Under the pieces are notes generated by a model. That model saw only the letters and a program-made list of their open reading frames with translations. It did not search any database and had not been told where the DNA came from. A program made the translations under genes and the position numbers. Positions 9,423-20,498 of a DNA stretch of 32,000 nt are shown here, piece by piece (position 1 is the stretch's first letter; every line of letters starts with the position of its first letter). Source of the DNA: Trichodesmium erythraeum IMS101 (GTDB lineage: Bacteria > Cyanobacteriota > Cyanobacteriia > Cyanobacteriales > Microcoleaceae); contig NC_008312.1 in the NCBI RefSeq assembly GCF_000014265.1, positions 4,830,001 to 4,862,000 of the forward strand, given 5' to 3'.

Positions 9423-9781
9423 TATCTTTTTCTTGATAACAATCTCTTATAAAATATTGTAAGTCTTTGAGTTTTATACATAAACTTTATGTGTTAAATT
9501 ACCCATCTCTAAAGTTAACAGAGTTTTTCCTTTGGGTACTCTAAAGTAGACTTCTTTATAAATATCTTGATTCTTGGGAATATGTTCCATCTTTATGAAA
9601 AACACTATAATTTTGTAGTATAACTATCTTACTTCCCACAGTTGTAGCTAGCTAATTATGAAACAAGGTTAAAACTTATTTTTAGTAATTTATTATTTTA
9701 TTTTAACCTTATATTTTTAGGGCTTTAATAGTATTAATTTTAGTGAATCTACCATTCCACTAATCTCCTTAATACTAATAG

Positions 9782-11212
9782 CTAGTGAACAGTGGCTCGT
9801 TTAAATGCTTCATCCAAAACTTCTGATAAAGTAGGATGAGTATGTACATTAAAAGATAACTCATTAACAGATTGTTTTTTAGCTATAGCATTTGCTGCTT
9901 CTTGAATTAAGTCAGAGGCATGAAGACCAATAATATGTACTCCTAATAATTCTCCTGTATCTTGACGATAAATTACTTTAGCAATACCATCTGTTTCATC
10001 TTCAGCTATCGCCTTAGAATTACCCTTAAAATAAGTTCTGACACTTGCCACTTCAAACCCCTGTTTTTGGCCTAAATCTTTTGCTGCTGGTTCTGTCATA
10101 CCAACATAGCTAATTTCTGGATGAGTAAAAGCTGCCGCCGGAATACTAAGATAATCTGGTTCTCGATCACGACCACATATATTTTCTACCACTGTTATTC
10201 CTTGGGCAGATGCTGCATGAGCCAACATCATTTTTCCTGTTGCATCACCAATTGCCCATAAATTAGGTACTGGTTCACCACTTGACAAAACTGCCATTTT
10301 GCTATTTACTGGAATAAATCCATATTTATCAGTTTCTACTGCTACAGAATCTAGTCCTAAATCTTTTGTATAGGGAATGCGACCTGTGGCAACTAGACAA
10401 GCATCAACCTCTATAATTTCTTCTACTTCTTTAGTCTTGGCATCGGCAAGTTCAATAATTACCGGAGATCCAGGAACTACCTTTATAGCCAACTTCCCTA
10501 CTTTTACTTCAATATCTCTTGACTGAATTAGAACTCTTTGTGCAATCTTAGCTATATCTGGATCGAAAGTAGGCATTAACTTATCTAATGCCTCAATCAT
10601 CGTAATTTCAGATCCAAGGGCAGTGTAAATATCAGAAAATTCTAGTCCTATATAACCACTACCAATAATTGCAACCCAAGGTGGTAACCAGTCTAGTTTA
10701 AGAGCATCATCACTGGTAAATACTGTTTTACCATCCAATTCTATTCCAGGAGGAACAAAAGGTACTGAACCAGGAGCAAGTATAATATCTTTGGCAGTAA
10801 AGTTTTCTTCTCCCTTTTCCGTCTTAACCGTAACTTTTTGTTTTCCTGCTACCTGAGCCCACCCTGTAATAATATCTACACTCAGACGTTTAAGGCTTTT
10901 GCTCATGTCACCTCTAATTTTGGTCACAATGTTACTTGCATGAGTGGCCATTACTTGTCTGTCATAAGAAACATTATCCAACTCAATTCCCAAAGTTTTT
11001 AAGTGGTGAGCATTTCGTAACTCTCGAACTTTACCTGATGCTGCGAGAAGTGCCTTAGATGGTATACAACCTCGGTTAACACAAGTACCTCCCATTTCTG
11101 CTACTTCTACAATAGCTGTTTTTAGGCCACAACTGGTAGCGTGTAATGCTGCACCATGTCCACCGACACCTGCACCAATAATTATTAAGTCGTAATCAAA
11201 TTCTTGAGTCAT
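9782..11212 (-). CDS. lpdA: dihydrolipoyl dehydrogenase (E3)
   Basis: 476 aa. FAD fold [13 protein letters not shown], redox-active disulfide [16 protein letters not shown] fold [12 protein letters not shown]-terminal HTHPTLSE. Confidence 0.9.
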   Translation of the reverse strand: MTQEFDYDLIIIGAGVGGHGAALHATSCGLKTAIVEVAEMGGTCVNRGCIPSKALLAASGKVRELRNAHHLKTLGIELDNVSYDRQVMATHASNIVTKIRGDMSKSLKRLSVDIITGWAQVAGKQKVTVKTEKGEENFTAKDIILAPGSVPFVPPGIELDGKTVFTSDDALKLDWLPPWVAIIGSGYIGLEFSDIYTALGSEITMIEALDKLMPTFDPDIAKIAQRVLIQSRDIEVKVGKLAIKVVPGSPVIIELADAKTKEVEEIIEVDACLVATGRIPYTKDLGLDSVAVETDKYGFIPVNSKMAVLSSGEPVPNLWAIGDATGKMMLAHAASAQGITVVENICGRDREPDYLSIPAAAFTHPEISYVGMTEPAAKDLGQKQGFEVASVRTYFKGNSKAIAEDETDGIAKVIYRQDTGELLGVHIIGLHASDLIQEAANAIAKKQSVNELSFNVHTHPTLSEVLDEAFKRATVH

Positions 11213-11310
11213 TTCTGTTTTCTAAAACTTCTAGGTATGTTTGCAAAAACTATATTTTTTTGGTTTCTTAGGAATGCAGCTAAATATTATTAGAGTTTTA
11301 TTTGACTCAC

Positions 11311-11404
11311 AGGACTTACATAGAATATTAGAACACGAACTATCTGTAAGTATTAAAGCTATTACCTTCGACTAGATTAGATAAAGTGCTTCTACGTAAG
11401 TCCT
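11311..11404. mobile_element. second copy of the AGGACTTAC...GTAAGTCCT MITE-like element
   Basis: aggacttaca (11311-11320) and gtaagtcct (11396-11404) are inverted copies of the termini seen at 2539-2624. The element lies about 100 nt upstream of the lpdA start codon. Confidence 0.4.
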
Positions 11405-13237
11405 AACTAATTTTGCCTACATTCCACAAACCAACTTGGTTTTAAATCACAATCAATCAGAATATAGAACCCATTTAGAAACTCCTTGCATAATCATCAT
11501 CTAAAAAGTTTCTTGGTTTAATCATTATTGCCATAGTTATATTTCATATTCAGCCATTGGCCACAATTGGCCATTAATTGGTACACTAATTACTTCAGCT
11601 TAAATAATATACCAAATAGGTCACATATATCATTTTTATAGATACCTTAGCTTTGTAACTACTTCCAATACTGATAACTTATAATACAATAAAGTAAAAA
11701 TTAATTTAATCTTAAATTTATATCTTAGAATAAGACTGGCAAAATTGTATTCCCTTGATATTTAGTAGTTAAATAATGTTATCACAGTTATGTAGAAAAT
11801 TAATTTAACATGATAGTGAATATATGGAATAGAAAAAAACTTTTACTGGAAACCGAAAATTTTATCTATACAAGTATTAATTATCAAAACTTTGTAGTGT
11901 AGGCATATTGCTTGATATTGATGTACTGTTATGAAAATTATCTGTCTTCTTGTACAAAGAATAGATGAATTTTTATTTTTGCTACTATAAATATAAACTC
12001 TTATTAGTAAATTACCTTAATCTGACTAAAGTTATGGCAAAAATTGATAAAATCGACAAGGATAATCTAGATCTATATTTTAGAAATTAAGTTATATAGA
12101 ATTTTCAAATGATATATGAAAAAGCATCATACTTTTCTAGATTCATAAAAATGAAAAGCTTAAACTTAACTAAAAGCTTATATAAACCGTTAATAATCTT
12201 ATTCTTTTTACTTTTTGATGACATCTTATCAATATTTTTTTAGTTGTCAAAAAAATCTGCATCAATCAGATTTTATTCCAGAGAATGAAAAGCAAATAGT
12301 TCATATATCACTTGCCACTCTTCCTCTATTAAAATTTGATTCACACAGCTAAATAATTCAAGTATTTCTTTTCTTTTAAGATAGGTTAAAAATACCAAAT
12401 AATTAGTATTTGTTTTTCTTTAATCTTGTGATTTTTCCCTTCTTTGTCATTGATTATGATTAGCTATTTCACAAAAATAACTGTATTTTCTACATTACTT
12501 ACTGTATATTTTCACTATTCAATCTAGATCTCATAAATTCAATCTACCAAAATAGTAATCTATTGACAATTTGTTAATTATTAATTGGTATTTTTAGTTG
12601 ATTTTTACTATCTCCCCATCTGATATCAAAATCAACCTCATTATTTGCATAAACTGCAATCTTTCCATCTTGTATTTATTCTATAATTATTTCTAATTTT
12701 GACTAGATTTTCTCAAGCTATGTTGAATTTTACAACAAAAATTTTCAAATTTAACTAACTCTATATAAGTAGATTTTTATCTCAACCATATTATTTTTTA
12801 GCAACTAATATACATAAATAATTTCCTAACATATATAGGTTTAAATATAACGAATTTCATCTAATATCATCCCCAATGATTTTGGGGAATTTATATGATT
12901 TGTAAAATCAAATAAGCGATTAAAACACTATAGATATGAATGGAAATACTATTCTCATTCTTAGTCATTAATATGTCTGATTTTAAGTAAATTTTTAAAT
13001 TTTTTACCAGTAATTATATCTGTTATCTTTGTACATAAATCTCGGCTATTTCTTTATTGCTTACTTATTCTTCTCTATCGAAAGGTAAATTAGTAGTTAA
13101 CCTAAATTTTGTTCTCTTTTATAATACTAATTCTCTATGAAGCTGTGCTTAATATAGGTTAATAAGATATAATAACAAAAAAACTAATTAGTGAGCAAAC
13201 TACGTGACCTTTCGCGATCGCTGTTAGTCAAGTATTT

Positions 13238-13657
13238 ATGGCCCTTCCCTTCAAAGTCAAAATTAATGAAACACTTTCTGAACTTGAAAAGTGTTTAAGT
13301 AAATCAATAACAGCTAAAGGAAAAGAACGAATACAAATGATTTATTGGCTCAAAACCAATCTAGTATCAACTCGCCGAGAACAAGCCTTGCTGCTAAGTC
13401 GTTATGAATCAATGATTACACGTTGGCTCATAAATTCTTGAATTGAAGAACTACAAAAGCTTTTAAAACTCAAAAATGCACCAGGAAAAGCTTCAAAAAT
13501 TTTGGGAGAGGTTTTAACAGGCTTACAATAAAAATTGTCAGAGCCAGTTGGATTAAAAAGTTTAGGATAAATTTATTGCTGGTTACCAGAGAAATATCAA
13601 ATTAAAATAGCTGATAATAACGTTTATAAAATTGTCAAATATAAGGAGTGGAACTAA
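13238..13657 (+). pseudogene. IS630-family transposase pseudogene, N-terminal HTH half
   Basis: 140 codons in one frame with 4 stops and no frameshift: MALPFKVKINETLSELEKCLS...IQMIYWLKT...*IEELQKLLKLKNAPGKASKILGEVLTGLQ*KLSEPVGLKSLG*IYCWLPEKYQIKI...VYKIVKYKEWN*. This is the typical N-terminus of Nostocales IS630-type transposases. Confidence 0.7.
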
Positions 13658-14297
13658 ACTTGAAACACCTTGTATTTATAGTATTAATAAGGGTATTTTA
13701 GCTGTATAGAAAAATTTTAAAAAAACTAAAACAAACCTAATTTATACGAAATAAAATACGCTAAAGGTATTGATTTATAAGAGTTTCACTAATTTACAAA
13801 AAATAAATAATTTTCAACAAGTAATATTTATTTATAACGAGTGAGATGTCACAATAAAACAAAGTAAATTTTGCTTAAATAATATTAAATATTTTTAAAT
13901 TATTTAGCATTATTTATGATTATTTTTTTATAAATTTTTCAAAGTATAAATGTTGTTAATTGTAAAAAATATAATTATGCAATTGAGTCAATTTTTTTGG
14001 TAATATCAATTATTTTTATGTTTAATTTTTAAGAAAGTATTAACTGTAATTCAATAAAAAGTTGTCAAGTTAAAAATATCAAAAAAAATCGCTTATACTT
14101 CAGTAAGATTATGACAATAATAATTGATTTTATTAGTCTAGTCATCGTAATTTTTAAGCTTATATTATTATCAATCAAAAATTATCAAATATCATCAAAA
14201 GTATTTTCATTATTTGTTTATTTATAATCGTTTTATCGAATTAATTATATTAAAATTAATGCTTGTTATAAAGTTACCTTAATATACAAAAACGTGA

Positions 14298-14844
14298 CTG
14301 CAAATATTTTTTATTAATAGTATAGGAATTAAAATTTGTCATAATAAAGGATCCAAAAGAAATAAAGTATTTAATGGATTAGGAAAATGGGTTAAAAGTA
14401 CAGTAGATTGGTATCTTGGATTTAAGTTGGACTTAATCATTAATTAACTTGGAAAAATATTAGCTTTTCAAATAACACTAGATAAGGTAGACGAGGGGAA
14501 ATCAGTTTACTTTTTATCTCAAAATTTATAGGGAAAGTTATTTTGAAATAAAGGTTATATTTATCAAATAATTTTTGATAAATTATACGTCAATAATCTA
14601 AAGTTAGTGACTTTGTATTATCAGAAAAATATAAACAATAAATTAGTAAATTTATGAAATAAATTAATGTGTACGAAAACGTTAATTAATTAAAACTTTC
14701 AATGACCAATTAAAAAATATTTCACAGCTTGTTCACTCTCAATATTGAAGTGTGTATAATTTTATTGTGAATATAATTATAGGGTTAATTACTTATAGTT
14801 TAAAATATCAAAAAACAGCAATTAAATTAGATAAAAATGAATAA
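14298..14844 (+). pseudogene. IS982-family (DDE) transposase remnant
   Basis: Translation through stops gives ..FFINSIGIKICHNKGSKRNKVFNGLGKWVKSTVDWYLGFKLDLIIN*LGKILAFQITLDKVDEGKSV..L*GKLF*NKGYIYQIIFDKLYVNNLKLVTLYYQKNINNKLVNL*NKLMCTKTLIN. After one frameshift it continues TFNDQLKNISQLVHSQY*SVYNFIVNIIIGLITYSLKYQKTAIKL. It matches the FIDSTPxxVCHN...GFKLHLxIN...GDKGY...NDQLKNISQIEHSRHRS pattern of cyanobacterial IS982-type transposases (from memory). Confidence 0.6.
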
Positions 14845-15116
14845 AAAAGTCACTATTTTTATACACTCAAGCGGCATTAAATAACATTTAATAAAGAATT
14901 AAAAAGTTTAATTGATGACCAAAGGTTAAATATTTTAGATATTTTTTACTTGTCTAGTTATTATCAATAAGCATAAGTAATTTATTATTTTTGATTCTGT
15001 TTACTTTTTGTCCTTTTTATTTATATATAACTTAGGTGTAATTAGGATTAAAAGTCTTATATAAACTATTTAGAAAAAGGAAAAAATTTTGCTACTTTTG
15101 TCAAGATGAAAGCTAC

Positions 15117-15615
15117 TATAGGACTCAAAAAAACAAGCAAAATGATAACTTTGCACATGAGTTAAACCATTATGATGTAACCAATGACAACGAAAAAAAA
15201 ATTACCTTTATAGGGCAATAGAAGTCAAAACTGGACACAGCTATTTTTACAAATTTTTTCCAACATGACGGTAAATGTTTTCAGACATTTATCAACCAAT
15301 TATCTGAAAAATTTAATGAGAGTATCATTTTCAATTTTCTTGGCAATGAGAGTTTTTAGCAAAATATAGAAATTCCTGAAAACTTCCATACCAATATTCC
15401 CACGTCCTCACAGTTGCGGAATTTAAACCTATTGAAAGTTTTTTGCAACAATTGAAGCAAGAACTATAATGGAATGATTACCCAAATCTTCAAAAATTAC
15501 AATACAAAGTTTCCTAGATTCTCTTTCCTGAAAACAGATGGGTTAAAATTGACATCTTTGATTAGACGAGACTATTTAATAGAAGGACTATTATGTGTAA
15601 CTTCATAGAGAATTA
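15117..15615 (+). pseudogene. IS630-family transposase pseudogene, C-terminal catalytic half (same gene as 13238-13657)
   Basis: ..FQHDGKCFQTFINQLSEKFNESIIFNFLGNESF*QNIEIPENF.. After a frameshift it continues ..EFKPIESFLQQLKQEL*WNDYPNLQKLQYKVS*IL.., equivalent to the DN(A/G)SxH ... YSPELNPIExxWxxLK DDE region. Confidence 0.65.
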
Positions 15616-15807
15616 ATATTAGCGATCGCTCTTTGGAAGTTCTTTCTATTGCTAATTGACTTTCTTCACTATTACATCTTGTTAGTTTATATTAAGCACA
15701 GCTTCATAGATAATTAGTATAAAAACTTTTTTGACATAGATAAATATATTTAGACAGATAAGAAACACCAAACACTACCTATCTGCAAATTAAACCATAA
15801 AAACAGA

Positions 15808-16593
15808 CTACTTTAATTCAAGTTGACGTTGACGTTGAATCTCATACAAAATTATAGCTGCACTTACAGCAACATTCAAAGATTCTACTCCATTACTCAA
15901 AGGAATTTTCACAGAATAATCAGCTAAATCAATTAAATCTTTAGAAATACCAGAACCCTCATTTCCCAAAACTATTATTGTAGGTTTTCGTAAGTCTATT
16001 TCCCAATAGTTAATATTTGAATTTGGAACAGTCGCTAAAACTTGTAGACCTTGACTTTGTAATTTTAATATTTCATTCTTTAGGTTTTCAGATATTGCCT
16101 TATGTAAATTAAACCATTCCCCAGCTGACGCCCGAACTACTTTAGGATGAGACAAGTCTACACTATCTCTACTTACGAATAAACCATCTATATTTGTTGC
16201 TACAGCTGTCCTAATTATAGTTCCCAAATTACCAGGGTCTTGAATTTTATCTAAAACAATTCCCAAAGTCGTAATCTTCAAAAAATTTGTCTGACTCTGT
16301 GGTGCTATAGCCACTACTCCATCAGGACTAACTGTAGTAGCAAGGGATTGAATAATCTTGGTACTTACTAATTCTATCCTTTGAGCTTTTTGAGATACTA
16401 ATTCATACAAAAATTTATGTTTTTCTTGCCATTCAAATGTATGGCAGACAGTTATAAGAGGATAATTTCTCTTGCAAGCTTCTTCCAGGAGATGAGTTCC
16501 TTCAACTAGAAATAATTGCTGTTCCTGCCTCCCTTTTGATTGGTGAAGTTGGCGAATTTGCTTTACCAAAGAATTCTGTAAACTAGTCAACAC
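15808..16593 (-). CDS. TrmH/SpoU-family RNA 2'-O-methyltransferase (RlmB-like)
   Basis: 261 aa with a GTG start. SpoU motifs IQDPGNLGTIIRTA, IVLGNEGSGIS and IPLSNGVESLNVAVSAAIILYE. Confidence 0.85.
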   Translation of the reverse strand: MLTSLQNSLVKQIRQLHQSKGRQEQQLFLVEGTHLLEEACKRNYPLITVCHTFEWQEKHKFLYELVSQKAQRIELVSTKIIQSLATTVSPDGVVAIAPQSQTNFLKITTLGIVLDKIQDPGNLGTIIRTAVATNIDGLFVSRDSVDLSHPKVVRASAGEWFNLHKAISENLKNEILKLQSQGLQVLATVPNSNINYWEIDLRKPTIIVLGNEGSGISKDLIDLADYSVKIPLSNGVESLNVAVSAAIILYEIQRQRQLELK

Positions 16594-16871
16594 TGTTGAT
16601 CTTTTATCCCTTATTTAGCATTTCTATCTTATAAGTGAAAGAAGCTCGGGATACTTCTTATTAATAAAAAGTTCCGGAGATATTATCCAGTTTTTCTGAT
16701 GCTTTTTTCTATTTCCCTTTTTTCTAGCTATTAGGTTTTTACAACTCATTTTATTTCCCTTTAAAACACCTAGATTAAACTTTGTTTTAACTAAACTTTA
16801 GTTTAGGTATTTTTTGTCTTTTTAGGTGGAGACCTCTCTCAAAATAATAATCAAAGATTGATTAAGAGGTA

Positions 16872-16955
16872 TGCGGAACCCGGGACTTGAACCCGGAAGT
16901 CCTTGCGAACACTAGAACCTGAATCTAGCGCGTCTACCAATTCCGCCAGTTCCGC
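16872..16955 (-). tRNA. tRNA-Leu (anticodon CAG)
   Basis: Reverse complement: GCGGAAC TG GCG GAATTGGTAGA CGC G CTAGA TTCAGGT TCTAG, then the long variable arm TGTTCGCAAGGACTTC, then CCGGG TTCAAGT CCCGG GTTCCGC A. It folds as a full class II cloverleaf with a 7-bp acceptor stem and a T-loop TTCAAGT. CCA is not encoded. Confidence 0.9.
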
Positions 16956-17766
16956 TTGCAGCACGAATTTTAATTATCGCTTATCTATTTAAACTTGTCA
17001 ATTACTTTGAATTAACTTTTTGATCATAAAATAATTAAGATTTTTTATAATGAAAATTTATACTTTTATAGATTATGTTTGTAATTTTAAATATATAAAA
17101 TTGTTATATAAGTTAATAAAAAACAGATTATTGAGAATATTCTCATTTATTTCTACCTATTTACGTTATTTGAAAGATTTGGTATAATCCTGAACATTAA
17201 TGTATAATCTCGCAGAGCGTTTTAACTTAATTTAAATTAAACATCTATAAACTCCTTTATACCGTTAACTTCAACTACATAATAGCTATTTCTAACATTT
17301 GAAAGAGTTTTTTTAGTTAATAAAGCTTAACAAATTTATCAACAGTATTTGACAAAATAAATATTTTCTGGTATACAACATGACAAATTGTATATTAATT
17401 TCAATTTCAGCACTTTTATTCTTAATACATCCATAATTTTTTCAATTTTATTCAACTAAGAATTTTTTCTAACTATGATGGTCTTATTATCAAAACTCTC
17501 AGTAGGAAAATTCATAATTGTCTATGCTACGGTAATGTTAAGGGACTCAAAAAGGACAAAAATATACTTGAATCCAAATTTAGGAAGATATAAACTACCC
17601 TGAACCAAAGAGAAAATAATGTCTTTGGATAGATAAATCTATGCTTAGATGGAAAAACTCAAACCTTTGTCAACCGACTAAAAGGCAGAGGAAAGTCTCG
17701 CAGTGATGTAGGGCTTTCTATCATTTCGCTTTGCAGAAGATGTCAATTATTGGTTAATTAAACTGG

Positions 17767-18852
17767 CTAGTTTAAATCAGGAAATACTTCTCGGAGAGCA
17801 GGGTGAACCAAAACATGGTTTTTAACATTCAATCCCTTAGCCAACCCTGGATTCATATCTAAAGCTTTACTACCATAGTTAGCTAACTGCAATACATAAG
17901 GTAAAGTACTATTATTTAAAGCTTGAGTAGCTGTCCAGGGAACTGCTCCAGGCATATTAGGTACTCCATAATGTACGACACCTAATTCCTGATAGATAGG
18001 ATTTGTATGAGAAGTAGGACGTAGAGTTTCCACACAACCACCTTGATCCACAGCAACATCGATAATTACAGATCCAGAATGCATCTGCTCCACCAAACTT
18101 TTGGGAACTAAAACTGGAGAACGACGGCCAGGAACTAAAACTGCCCCTACAAGTAAATCACAATCTGCGACTGCTGCTTCTATAGCAGAGGAACTACTAT
18201 ATAGTAACTCTAACCTTGAGCCAAATACAGTCTCTAAATAAGCCAACCTTTCCAAATTAATATCCAAAATTTTGACTTTTGCACCCAAGCCAACAGCAAT
18301 TTTAGCTGCTTCTGTACCAACTATTCCTCCTCCCAGAATTACAACTTTGCCAGGGGTAACACCAGGGACCCCACCCAAGAGAACACCTCTACCACCTTGT
18401 TGTCTTTCCAAAAATCTTGCCCCAAACTGCACAGACAAACGACCAGCTATTATACTCATAGGAGTTAATAAAGGTAGCCTTTGGTCAGATAACTCTACCG
18501 TTTCATAGGCGATGGCCGTGACGCCACTTTCAATTAATTTTTTAGTTAACTTCCGATCCGCAGCTAAATGTAAATAAGTAAATAGCAGTTGTTCTGATTT
18601 GAGAAATTCATACTCTGAGGATAGAGGTTCCTTAACCTTAACTATCATGTCACACTTCCAAACGTCCCTGGTATCTGATAAGATATGCCCGCCTGCATTA
18701 AGATAGTCACTATCACTAAAACCTGCGCCCCAACCAGCTTCTGTCTCTATAAATACTTCATTACCTGCTTCAGTACAGACCTTAACACTTGCAGGGGTTA
18801 ATCCTACACGAAACTCCTGATCCTTAATTTCTTTTGGAATACCTATTTTCAT
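17767..18852 (-). CDS. ald: alanine dehydrogenase
   Basis: 361 aa. N-terminus MKIGIPKEIKDQEFRVGLTP, NAD fold VVILGGGIVGTEAAKIAVGLGAKVKILD, and VIIDVAVDQGG. Confidence 0.9.
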   Translation of the reverse strand: MKIGIPKEIKDQEFRVGLTPASVKVCTEAGNEVFIETEAGWGAGFSDSDYLNAGGHILSDTRDVWKCDMIVKVKEPLSSEYEFLKSEQLLFTYLHLAADRKLTKKLIESGVTAIAYETVELSDQRLPLLTPMSIIAGRLSVQFGARFLERQQGGRGVLLGGVPGVTPGKVVILGGGIVGTEAAKIAVGLGAKVKILDINLERLAYLETVFGSRLELLYSSSSAIEAAVADCDLLVGAVLVPGRRSPVLVPKSLVEQMHSGSVIIDVAVDQGGCVETLRPTSHTNPIYQELGVVHYGVPNMPGAVPWTATQALNNSTLPYVLQLANYGSKALDMNPGLAKGLNVKNHVLVHPALREVFPDLN

Positions 18853-19312
18853 TCCCTATCTCCATTTATGTACCAAGGAACTATGTCTTTGACCAAAAAA
18901 TCATGTCTGAGTAAATATCTGGTCTAATTAGCTTAAATGATAACAATTTGTTAATTGACCTTCAAAGATAACTGATAAATTTCCCTGAAACCCTGACTAT
19001 GGGTATTAAAATTTCCCAGTTATCTCGGTGCCTTGATATCCCTGTGGTTTTGTTCGCAATTAATTAGGGAAAAGGTTCACGACTAAAATGGGCAAAAGCT
19101 ACTCTAACTTTTATCTTTTCTTGACTAACTTTAGAGAATGAAATATCCCTGCTCTTTTAAGAAGGCTAAAAAACATTTGCTGTACACCTACCTATTTAAG
19201 GTTATAACTTTAGTCAGACAGAAGTACTTATAACTAATATAGTTGTTTTAATTAAGATTGAGACAAAAATTAAGTAGAATAATTTTAAGTCAATTATAAA
19301 ATATTTCTAACC

Positions 19313-20165
19313 ATGCTTTACAGTTTAGACTTCAGACAAAAAGTAATAAATTTTGTAGAAAATGGTGGTATGCTTACCAAAGTTACTCATGTATTTGGTA
19401 TAGCAAGAGCTTCGATATATAGATGGTTATCTCGCCCAAAATTGGAAGCAACTAAGGTAAAATGTCGTCTAATAAAATTAGATTGGAAAGAATTATAAAA
19501 AGATGTCAAACTAAATTCAGAGTGTAAATTGGCCGACAGAGCTAAAAAAATTGGAGTTAATCCTACAGCTATATTTTATACTTTGAAAAGAATGAATTTT
19601 CCTTGAAAAAAAACTTCGTTATAGGTAAAGAAATAGAGAAGAAAGAATAAAATATTATCAGAAACTACGAATTTTTTTTGATGAAATTTGGAAGTAAAAA
19701 CCTTGTATTTATTTATAAATCATGATTTGAAGATAATCAAGACTGTATTTATACCTGGTCAAAAAAAGGGAAAAAAGTTTATGTTGAGCAAGAGAGAAAA
19801 CGAGGTAAAAGAGAAAATTGAGTAGCTGGGAGAAGAAAAAAGGAAAAAGATTTAATAGCACCAATTATATTGAAAGGAACCCTAAATGCCGTGGTATTTT
19901 AACAATGGCTAGAGCAACATTTATTACCATCGTTAAAAATTCCCAGTATACTGCTGCACGGAGAATTAACCAATTCATAGAAAAAAGGTTATTAGAGAAT
20001 TAGTAGAAGCAGGGGATTATCAATTACTATTTTTGCCAAAATACTATCCTGATTTAAATGACTAAGAACATGATTTTAGTGCATTAAAAAGACTTAGAAT
20101 TTATTCACCTATCAATACATCATTTTTTTATATTTATCGCTGCGTTTACATAAATTTATATTACT
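19313..20165 (+). pseudogene. ISY100-like (IS630 family) transposase pseudogene
   Basis: MLYSLDFRQKVINFVENGGMLTKVTHVFGIARASIYRWLSRPKLEATKVKCR..KLDWKEL*KDV..ADRAKKIGVNPTAIFYTLKRMN, later ..QKKGKKVYVEQERKRGKREN.. and ..KYYPDLND*EHDFSALKRLRIY. It is colinear with the Synechocystis ISY100 transposase as I remember it, but broken by many stops and frameshifts. Track ORFs 19313..19498 and 19818..20003 are fragments of it. TIRs were not found. Confidence 0.75.
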
Positions 20166-20498
20166 ATACCGCAGTGTGGAAAATTTGGGAGTTCTTTTGG
20201 ATAATTCTTTGGGGACTTTTTCACCATAATTTGAGAATCAAAAAAATCCAAAATAATATTCTTAATCAATGGAACTCAATGGGACATTGATTGACCGTCG
20301 ATTTAGCTCACTCAAAGTCAATTAAACTATAGGTTAATAAGGTAAAAGTCTTTAACCTTAAAATCCCTACAATTTTTCTGGAGCTATCTAAATTTTTTTG
20401 GTAACTGATAATTTAGATGAAGAAAAAGAATTTGTCGACCCCTAGACATTTGCTGACTTTCCAGTACAATCAAGAGCAAAAATGAAAATCAATAACTT

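Larger units (their letters stand above)
13123..15720 (+). mobile_element. decayed IS630-family element with long TIRs, split by a nested AT-rich insertion carrying an IS982-type remnant
   Basis: 33-bp TIRs match at 32/33: atactaattctctatgaagctgtgcttaatata (13123-13155) vs the reverse complement of 15688-15720. Weaker similarity continues about 35 nt further inward. A HIP1 octamer lies exactly 91 nt from each end. The N- and C-terminal halves of one transposase lie at the two ends. Confidence 0.7.

Noticed and set aside
9665-9710. 10-bp inverted repeat aaggttaaaa ... ttttaacctt downstream of lpdA, considered as a terminator
   Set aside because: The 26-nt loop and all-AT-rich stem make a stable hairpin doubtful, and no clear U-tract follows on the lpdA strand.
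13238-13441. 67-aa ORF listed as a separate gene
   Set aside because: It is only the first stop-free segment of the IS630 transposase pseudogene, which continues in the same frame past the TGA. Likewise 19313..19498 and 19818..20003 are fragments of the ISY100-like pseudogene.
16872-17766. tRNA-Leu followed by an 800-bp ORF-free tract, considered as a genomic-island attachment site
   Set aside because: I found no direct repeat of the tRNA 3' end (gggttcaagtcccgggttccgca) anywhere in the window, and there is no integrase gene or remnant next to it.
18941-18953. 13-bp perfect palindrome TAACAATTTGTTA about 90 nt upstream of ald, considered as an operator; I also scanned promoters for NtcA sites (GTA-N8-TAC)
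   Set aside because: A short AT-only palindrome is expected by chance in DNA this AT-rich. I found no GTA-N8-TAC match upstream of ald, lpdA, murA, the GT4 gene or the aminotransferase.
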